Positions 57,748-64,000 of a DNA stretch of 64,000 nucleotides are shown piece after piece. The stretch lies in contig MWCI01000010.1 of assembly GCA_002069965.1 (NCBI GenBank), forward strand, positions 4,144 through 68,143, in the 5' to 3' direction. The translations under genes were made by a program, and so were the position numbers. Origin of the DNA: Spirochaetes bacterium ADurb.Bin218 (GTDB lineage Bacteria > Spirochaetota > UBA4802 > UBA5550). Every line of letters starts with the position of its first letter. The first letter of the stretch is position 1. Under the pieces are notes generated by a model. That model was given only the letters and a program-made list of their open reading frames with translations, made no database searches and was not told the origin of the DNA.

Positions 57748-58679
57748 GGCATATACCTATACTCAAGCTTATATGATGGATAAAGTTCACTTCCTGTAAT
57801 CCCTTTAAAAATCCCATTCATTGTCCCAAAAATTTCTTCAATTGGACTTGAAGAGCCATCATAAACAGGGCAATCTACAGGAAGCCCTGCAAGCTCACGA
57901 GCCTTGTCAACTGCATCCTCGAATGTCCCTGTAGCATCAACAAGTTTAAAGGCAAGAGCCATTTCTCCTGTCATAACCCTTCCATCGGCAATAGCCCTCA
58001 CCTCATCCTGAGATATATTTCTACCAATGGCAACATCTTTAACAAACCGATTATATGAAGAGTCTATTAAATTTTGAAGCAACATTCTCTCTTCACTGGT
58101 CATATCTCTATGAGAAGAAAGTATATCTTTATACTTTCCACTTTTTATCACATTCATCTGTATACCAAACTTATCAAAAAGCCTCTTTAAATTCGGAGAA
58201 TATGCTATCACCCCAATAGATCCTGTGACAGTGCCCTGATTAGCAAAAATATAGTTACATGCGGAGGCAACATAGTAACCACCTGATGCAGCCACATCAC
58301 CAAGAGATGCCACAACAGGAATATTTTTAGCTCTTAACTTCATTATCTTATTATAAATCTCCTGAGTTGCAGCAACTGTCCCACCGGGAGAATTTATTCT
58401 GACAACAATTGCCTTTATATTGCTATCATCTTCAAGCTCTCTTAATCTTCTTACAATAGCCTCTGCTCCTGAAGGCTTGCCAAATAAATTAGAAGGACCT
58501 GATAATTCAATTGGACCATCAACTCTAACTATCCCAACACCTGCCGTTGATGGAATTATAAACTTCTTTTCTTTTGAGGTCTTTTCTTCTATTTTCAGGG
58601 TAATGTCCACAATAGCAATTATAGCAACAAGAACAAGCATTGCAAGAATTGCAACAGTTAGCTTTCTCTCTCTTTCCAT
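57744..58679 (-). CDS. sppA: Signal peptide peptidase SppA (36K type)
   Basis: N-terminal anchor. ClpP/crotonase-like core with AASGGYYVASA and TGSIGV. Confidence 0.9.
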   Translation of the reverse strand: MERERKLTVAILAMLVLVAIIAIVDITLKIEEKTSKEKKFIIPSTAGVGIVRVDGPIELSGPSNLFGKPSGAEAIVRRLRELEDDSNIKAIVVRINSPGGTVAATQEIYNKIMKLRAKNIPVVASLGDVAASGGYYVASACNYIFANQGTVTGSIGVIAYSPNLKRLFDKFGIQMNVIKSGKYKDILSSHRDMTSEERMLLQNLIDSSYNRFVKDVAIGRNISQDEVRAIADGRVMTGEMALAFKLVDATGTFEDAVDKARELAGLPVDCPVYDGSSSPIEEIFGTMNGIFKGITGSELYPSYKLEYRYMP

Positions 58680-58709
58680 AGACTCTTCTCTAAAATTTAA
58701 AAAATTATA

Positions 58710-58835
58710 AGTATTTATTCCTTAACTTATTTTAAAATAAAAATACTCCATCATCCCAAACTTAGGCAGCGGGGATGATATTTTCTTGATTTTACAGTAA
58801 AAATTATACTTAAATAATAATTACTAAAAAATTAT
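58710..58835. other. Copy B of the two-copy conserved intergenic module (stem 58750-58757 / 58772-58779)
   Basis: The flanks align with 19305-19433. The hairpin atcatccc...gggatgat has an entirely different sequence from copy A but sits in the same position and has the same T-run flanks. Confidence 0.7.
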
Positions 58836-58955
58836 TATTCTTCTAAGAAGCTAAAGATATAAAAGTTCGTGGCAAGATCAATAACTTTTTATGCATAAAT
58901 AACTTTCAAAGATTTTGATGCAAAAATTTATTCAAAACGTTTCAAAAATAAAAAA

Positions 58956-59298
58956 CAGAGGGGACCATAAGCCGGATTCTGTTTATGCAGCCATCTATCT
59001 TGGCTTTATGTTGCCATAAAGCTCTTTGCGGTCTACCCTCAGCCACGGGCGGGCAACCCTTAAGGGCTGACTACTTGACCTTGCATCAGGTGGGGTTTGC
59101 ACTGCCACATCCCTTACGGTCTGTGCGGTGAGCTCTTACCTCGCCTTTTCACCCTTACCCCTTTGGGGCGGTATATTTTCTGTTGCACTTTCCATCGCCT
59201 CACGACGCCCGGGTATTACCCGGCACCCTGCCCTATGATGTCCGGACTTTCCTCACTACTCCATGGACGGAGCTTGCGCGGCTGCTTGTTCCCCTCTG
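58956..59298 (-). ncRNA. rnpB: RNase P RNA (bacterial type A)
   Basis: The minus strand carries GAGGAAAGUCCGG (complement of 59242-59254) and ACAGAAUCCGGCUUA (complement of 58968-58982), the two P4 strands. P1 pairs AGAGGGGA (5') with UCCCCUCU (3'). The region is a sharp GC-rich island in an AT-rich background. Ends are approximate, within about 5 nt. Confidence 0.92.
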
Positions 59299-59307
59299 CT
59301 AATTGGT

Positions 59308-61425
59308 CTACTTTAACTTAAAATAAGACATATGTCCTTTGAGCTTTTCTGCCATTTCAAGTATGGAATCGCTATTTTTAGCCATTTCCTCTGTCCCCTC
59401 TGCATTTACCTGAGTTGACTCGCTTATGGCAGACATGGATTTTACAATCTCTTCAATTCCAATCTTCTGTTCAGTTGTTGCAACTCTTATTTTTTCAGAT
59501 TTCTCTTGTGTCTTTTCAACATCAATAGCAACTCTTGAACTCTCTTCAACTCTCTCCTGCATAAACTTCTGAATATCAGCCATAACATTTGCTATTGAGT
59601 TTATTCCGTCAATTATATATTTAATTTTTGTAGTTGTATCTTCCACTCCTGACAATGTTCTGCTTATCTCTGTTTCATTGCCTCTTATGATATTATTTAT
59701 ATCCTTAATACTCATCTGAGTTTGATCCGCAAGTTTTGAAATTTCATCTGCAACAACAGCAAATCCTTTGCCTGCATCTCCTGCTCGAGCTGCTTCAATT
59801 GCCGCATTAAGTGAAAGCAGGTTTATCTGGTCAGCAATTGTTGTTATCATATCAATGATATTGGTCATATCTGTAGAGCTTTTGGCAATGGTCATCATGG
59901 AATCTGTCATCATTCTGATGGAGGTTTCACTTTCATTTGCCTGTTTTGTAATTATCATAATCTTTGACACAGTATCATCAATTATGTTACCAATCTCCCC
60001 TAAGCCTTTTGCAAGTTCCCTTATACTTTCAGTAAGCCTGTTAAGATTATTGGCCTGAGTCTCTGCAATTTCAGCAATGCCTTCTGAGCCTGCAGAGATC
60101 TCTTCCACTGTGGCATTCACCTCTTCAACTGCCGCAGCCTGATTCTGAGCATTGGTGGAAAAAGTATTTGCAGTTGCACTCAGTTCATTGGATGCAGAGG
60201 CAAGATTTACAGAAACGTCACTTGCCAGAGAAACTATCTCTCGTAATTTCAAGACAAGGTATCTGAAACTCAATATCAAAATCCCAATTTCATCCCGATC
60301 TGAGTTGCTCTCAATATTTTTAATATCCTCAACATTATTGATATTTGATACAACAGAGAGATCCCCCTGCGCAAGACTTTTAAGCTTTTCAGTGAGCAAT
60401 ACAACTGGATCTGTAAGCTGGCGAGAGTAATACCATCCAAGAAAAAAAACAACCATAAGAACAAAAAGTGCTATGAGAATTGTTATGGTCATAAGCTTTG
60501 AAAGTGGGGAATATAACTCCTTCTCTGTTATGCCTATAACAACCTTCCAGCCAGTCTCTTTATTTGTAGCAAAAAATCCCCTGTAGGCATTACCCCCTGA
60601 GCTATAACTTCCACTTCCTTCTACCTCTCTTAAAAGAGCAAGTCCAAATTTTTTAACAGACTCATTGGGAAAAGTGCTGAATCTGGCCTTCATCACATAC
60701 TCTGGATTTCTATGGGCAATACATAGACCTGTTTTGTCTACAATGTATACATAACCTGTTTCACCAATTTTCATCTCCGCAATATATTTTTGAATATCCT
60801 TCATATCCATATCCACAGTGGATGTCCCCATAAATTTCCCTTCTCTGTCAAAAAAAGGGGCAGCACAGGTTATCATGGTCACATTTGTAAGCTCATCATA
60901 AAAGGGATCACTCCAAAAATGCAATTTGCCATTTTCTCCATTTTTTGAAATCTTATACCAATCATATTCAGGGAAATTATAAGAGGGGCTCTCATATTCC
61001 AGTGTTTTCACAAAGCCCTTTTCTCCCTTATAAACATAAGGCCCAAAGAATCTGGTAGAGCTGTTGTATTTATATGGCTCAAACCATACCCCTGCGCCAA
61101 AGGTATGTTCATATACCTTGATAGCATTTTGCATGAAATTTAAGTAATCATCTCTTGAAAAGCTGTTGTTCCTTACCTCTGCAAGCCTTGCTATGTCAGT
61201 GGCAACTCCAGCTGTATTACTCATTGTTAGATTAATATTTTGATTTATTATCTCCAGCTGATTTTTCATCTTTTGATTTATTTCGCTATTAAGAAGCGAG
61301 CGGGAAAAAATATAAGAAAGCACAGCCACGCTAACAAGAGATAAAAAAGAAATTCCGCATAATACAACAATAACTTTTCCCCTGAGGGAACGGAATAAAG
61401 CAGTTTTTATTTTTATCACATTCAT
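59308..61425 (-). CDS. Methyl-accepting chemotaxis protein (dCache + HAMP + MA domain)
   Basis: 705 aa. MA signature [27 protein letters not shown]. Periplasmic Cache-like region lies between two TM helices. Confidence 0.92.
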   Translation of the reverse strand: MNVIKIKTALFRSLRGKVIVVLCGISFLSLVSVAVLSYIFSRSLLNSEINQKMKNQLEIINQNINLTMSNTAGVATDIARLAEVRNNSFSRDDYLNFMQNAIKVYEHTFGAGVWFEPYKYNSSTRFFGPYVYKGEKGFVKTLEYESPSYNFPEYDWYKISKNGENGKLHFWSDPFYDELTNVTMITCAAPFFDREGKFMGTSTVDMDMKDIQKYIAEMKIGETGYVYIVDKTGLCIAHRNPEYVMKARFSTFPNESVKKFGLALLREVEGSGSYSSGGNAYRGFFATNKETGWKVVIGITEKELYSPLSKLMTITILIALFVLMVVFFLGWYYSRQLTDPVVLLTEKLKSLAQGDLSVVSNINNVEDIKNIESNSDRDEIGILILSFRYLVLKLREIVSLASDVSVNLASASNELSATANTFSTNAQNQAAAVEEVNATVEEISAGSEGIAEIAETQANNLNRLTESIRELAKGLGEIGNIIDDTVSKIMIITKQANESETSIRMMTDSMMTIAKSSTDMTNIIDMITTIADQINLLSLNAAIEAARAGDAGKGFAVVADEISKLADQTQMSIKDINNIIRGNETEISRTLSGVEDTTTKIKYIIDGINSIANVMADIQKFMQERVEESSRVAIDVEKTQEKSEKIRVATTEQKIGIEEIVKSMSAISESTQVNAEGTEEMAKNSDSILEMAEKLKGHMSYFKLK

Positions 61426-61509
61426 GAACGCACCTTAAAAAAATTGTTTATTGTATTTTATTAAAATAACAAGCCCTAAAAAAAAGTCGACTATAGCGTC
61501 AATAAATTT

Positions 61510-62262
61510 TTATTTTTTATTACAGATGGGGCATCCCTGCAGGGAAAGTGGCTTTTCTAAGTGCGATTTATGCAATAATTGCTCGTTTATCAATATATCT
61601 GAAGTTGGGCCATCGGCTATAATTTTCCCTTCAGAAAGAACTATTGTTCTTGTGCACAAATCCATAGCCATATCAAGATCATGGGTTGCTATTATCTTTG
61701 TGTGAGTAAAACTTTTTAATAATTCAATGAGGTTTCTTCTGGATTTTGGATCAAGATTAGAAGTTGGCTCATCCATTACAAGTATATCAGGGGCCATTGC
61801 AAGCACTGTTGCTATGGCAACGCTTCTCTTTTCTCCACCAGACAGTCTGTGGGTTGCCCTATTTATAAGATGCAAAGCACCAACCTTTTCCAGAGTTTCT
61901 CGGACTTTCTTTTCCACCTCCTCCTTAGGGAACCCAAGATTAAGAGGACCAAAGGCTACATCATCAAAGACAGTTGGCATAAAGAGCTGATCATCTGAAT
62001 CCTGAAATACTGTTCCTACAGTCCTTCGGATATTAGGCAAAGTCTCTCTTGTTACAGGCATTTCTCCAATTCGGACCATCCCCTTTTGTGGCAAGATTAC
62101 TCCATTTAGATGCATAAGCAAAGTAGATTTACCTGCTCCATTGGCACCAATAATTGCAACAGACTCTCCATGGGTTATTAAAAAAGATAGCCCCTGAAGA
62201 GCAAATTTTCCATCGGGGTATGTGTAATGGAGATCCTCGGCCTGAACTATATGATGACTCAT
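61510..62262 (-). CDS. cbiO: Cobalt/nickel ECF-type ABC transporter ATPase (CbiO)
   Basis: GANGAGKST, LSGGEKRSVAIA, ILVMDEPTSNLD. ATGA overlap with cbiQ. Confidence 0.9.
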   Translation of the reverse strand: MSHHIVQAEDLHYTYPDGKFALQGLSFLITHGESVAIIGANGAGKSTLLMHLNGVILPQKGMVRIGEMPVTRETLPNIRRTVGTVFQDSDDQLFMPTVFDDVAFGPLNLGFPKEEVEKKVRETLEKVGALHLINRATHRLSGGEKRSVAIATVLAMAPDILVMDEPTSNLDPKSRRNLIELLKSFTHTKIIATHDLDMAMDLCTRTIVLSEGKIIADGPTSDILINEQLLHKSHLEKPLSLQGCPICNKK

Positions 62263-63083
62263 AAAAAAACCTTCAATACCAATTTTCCAATAAAATCTGA
62301 AATATCAAAAAATCTAAAAAAAATAAAAACTAAAATCCATAAAGACATAAATATAAAATCATTCAACCTATACGAAGTTCTACCTGCAATTTTTATATTC
62401 CCATCAAATCCACGCAAAATCATGGATCTGTGAATTCTCTCTGCCCTGTTTATACTCCTTAATAAAAGATGGCCTGCTAAAGATCCATAAACTTTTAACG
62501 ACACAGGTTTTGATATAGGGGTTCTCAATTCTCTTGCACGTGTCATCCTTGCTGCTTCTTCTGTGATGAGAAATATATATCTATACAAAAAAAGCAACTG
62601 CACAGAAAAAACCTTGGGCACTCCAACTTTATTCATAGCATAACACAAATTATAAAAGCCAGTTACACCTATAAGAACAATAACAGTTGTGACAGTAAGA
62701 AAATACTTTATAATTATTGATAAAAAAGAAACCCATCCTGAAGTGATATTTATACCATTAAAAGAAAAGAATATATGCCTGTCAAAAATTGGATTAAAAA
62801 TCCCGACCATAATAACAAAGGGAGATACATATAAAACTTTTTTTAGTATATAACCAAAGGGCAAATCTGCACGGAGTATTAAAAAAAGCGGATAAATACT
62901 AAAGGGAAGCAACATCTTGATCTCATATCTATTAAATGAAATAACAAAGAAAAGATAGACAACAGTTGTAATAAATTTGGCAACTGGATTGACTCTGTGA
63001 ATTTCTGAATCTCTATAGGCAAGTAGATCCAGATAGCCAAGATTAAACAGTATGTTATCAATCTTTGAAATATCTCCCTCCAT
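62259..63083 (-). CDS. cbiQ: Cobalt/nickel transporter transmembrane component CbiQ
   Basis: 274-aa polytopic protein located between cbiM and cbiO. Contains ARELR-type motif (RARELRTP). Confidence 0.85.
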   Translation of the reverse strand: MEGDISKIDNILFNLGYLDLLAYRDSEIHRVNPVAKFITTVVYLFFVISFNRYEIKMLLPFSIYPLFLILRADLPFGYILKKVLYVSPFVIMVGIFNPIFDRHIFFSFNGINITSGWVSFLSIIIKYFLTVTTVIVLIGVTGFYNLCYAMNKVGVPKVFSVQLLFLYRYIFLITEEAARMTRARELRTPISKPVSLKVYGSLAGHLLLRSINRAERIHRSMILRGFDGNIKIAGRTSYRLNDFIFMSLWILVFIFFRFFDISDFIGKLVLKVFL

Positions 63084-63091
63084 AAAACATT

Positions 63092-63113
63092 CAGGAAGGC
63101 TTAAGCCTCCCTG
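63092..63113 (-). other. Intercistronic hairpin between cbiM and cbiQ
   Basis: Minus-strand RNA cagggagg-cuuaag-ccuuccug (8 bp including one G-U), followed by aauguuuu. Confidence 0.35.
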
Positions 63114-63145
63114 AATTTACTCCAGCTTTAATAAAGCTCTTAGTT

Positions 63146-64000
63146 TCATTCAACTACTTTTTTGTTTTTAAGCAAAAATCCAAAAAGGATAACAAGTAGC
63201 AGGGTTATAGTTCCTCCAATAAGCCCAGAAATAGATGTCCCTGCGCTAACTGCAGGCCACTTTGCCTCTTCCTCTTTTGCTGTCTGTTCCTGAGGCGCTT
63301 TAAAATCATAATCTGGCAAAAAGGCTGTCTTTTCCTGCAAAGACTTAAACTTTTCATAAATGCTGTTGCCTGGAGTTTCAAGCTCTGCAGTGCCTGCAAC
63401 CTTTTCCATTGACCACTCAAGTCCATCTGGATATTGTGAGGCAAACCAACTTAAGATCGCTCCTGTAACAATTGCAAGACCAACCATCGCAATGAGAGCC
63501 TTCCTATAGCTGCCTGCTACTGATTTATCAGGAGTATAAAACACCTCTGGCTCGGTTCTCTTTAGAAAGAGCACAATAGCTGCTGTTGCAATACCCTCGC
63601 CAACTCCTATTGCAAGATGTATTGGTTGCATCAGTAAAACAAATGTGCTAAAGGGAAGAGCTGTAATACCTGAGGCAAGAGTCTCCAAAACAACACAAAA
63701 AGCACCCAATTGCAAAGACAAAATAGCAGAAAGAAGAGATGCTCCAAAAATCCTTCCTGTTGAAAAATTATCACCAACTATTTTTTTATAAATAAAAGGA
63801 TATACTATAAAGCATGGAAAAAATCCAAGATTGAAAATATTGCAACCCAAAGCAAGGAGACCACCATCTGCAAAAAATAAAGCCTGAACTATAAGCACAG
63901 AGGCAATAGTGAGAAAAGCTGCATAGGGCCCCAAAATTATAGATAAAAGAAGCCCTCCCCCAATATGACCGCTGGAGCCAGTTGCAGGAATTGTAAAATT
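63146..64000 (-). CDS. cbiM: CbiM/NikM substrate-capture component fused to a C-terminal PDGLE domain; partial, N-terminus lies beyond the right window edge
   Basis: The reading frame stays open to position 64000 (NFTIPATGSSGHIGGGLLLSIILGPYAAF...); the track 'start' at 63934 is an internal TTG. The C-terminal extension contains YPDGLEW and a final TM helix. Confidence 0.88.
   Translation of the reverse strand, partial: NFTIPATGSSGHIGGGLLLSIILGPYAAFLTIASVLIVQALFFADGGLLALGCNIFNLGFFPCFIVYPFIYKKIVGDNFSTGRIFGASLLSAILSLQLGAFCVVLETLASGITALPFSTFVLLMQPIHLAIGVGEGIATAAIVLFLKRTEPEVFYTPDKSVAGSYRKALIAMVGLAIVTGAILSWFASQYPDGLEWSMEKVAGTAELETPGNSIYEKFKSLQEKTAFLPDYDFKAPQEQTAKEEEAKWPAVSAGTSISGLIGGTITLLLVILFGFLLKNKKVVE

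Noticed and set aside
59097-59321. 74-aa plus-strand ORF
   Set aside because: It lies entirely within the RNase P RNA gene on the opposite strand. Its open frame is a by-product of the GC-rich structured RNA.
1-64000. Searched for mobile elements, prophage remnants, integrases, tRNA or tmRNA genes and abrupt compositional islands
   Set aside because: I saw no transposase, integrase or phage-like ORFs, no terminal inverted repeats and no tRNA-like GC-rich segments. The only compositional outlier is rnpB. The window looks like core chromosome.

Overview
AT-rich bacterial chromosomal segment (roughly one-third G+C by eye, not computed). It is densely coding, with about 56 CDS, mostly on the minus strand. 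There is one RNA gene (type-A RNase P RNA, a sharp GC-rich island at about 58956-59298). I found no rRNA, tRNA, CRISPR array, transposase, integrase or phage genes. The gene content suggests a motile, anaerobic, diderm bacterium; the phylum cannot be fixed from the sequence alone.

Gene content, left to right:
- A lactate-oxidation island: 2-hydroxyacid dehydrogenase, lactate permease, pyruvate:ferredoxin oxidoreductase, LutC, and a fused LutB::LutA.
- An orphan 703-aa protein, a polysaccharide deacetylase, a HAD phosphatase, two dCache chemoreceptors and an OmpA-family protein.
- A SpoU methyltransferase, a TPR protein and PcnB.
- An envelope pair: a BNR/DUF4015 lipoprotein plus an LtaS-type enzyme.
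- A TetR-TolC-HlyD-ABC-2 exporter operon.
- LOG, Hsp33, YmdB, RNase Y and CoaD.
- A DsbC-like / FecR-like / SBP-PAS-REC trio.
- A short SSB, a CoA-transferase, and the run HisS-U32-DprA-YlbF-M23-Maf-RelA/SpoT.
- An orphan Dam methylase, AspAT, SppA, and a CbiMQO cobalt/nickel importer.

Signals not explained by the gene list:
1. A perfect 68-bp x7 tandem array (136-bp two-variant dimer x3). It reiterates the last 8 codons, stop codon and 3' UTR of the ompA-like gene.
2. A two-copy ~125-nt intergenic module (19305-19433 and 58710-58835). Its flanks are conserved, while the central hairpin is fully replaced in sequence but still pairs. This makes it a candidate sRNA, attenuator or terminator module.
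3. A shared ~50-bp promoter/operator block with the palindrome ATGGTCWGACCAT in front of both lctP and the dehydrogenase gene.
4. Several unusual protein architectures: a DUF3800-like domain fused to helical repeats, an SBP-TM-PAS-PAS-REC protein with no kinase or output domain, and a LOG gene coupled to an unknown 288-aa protein.

I cannot point to one clearly novel multi-gene system. The candidates are ranked by interest in the findings.
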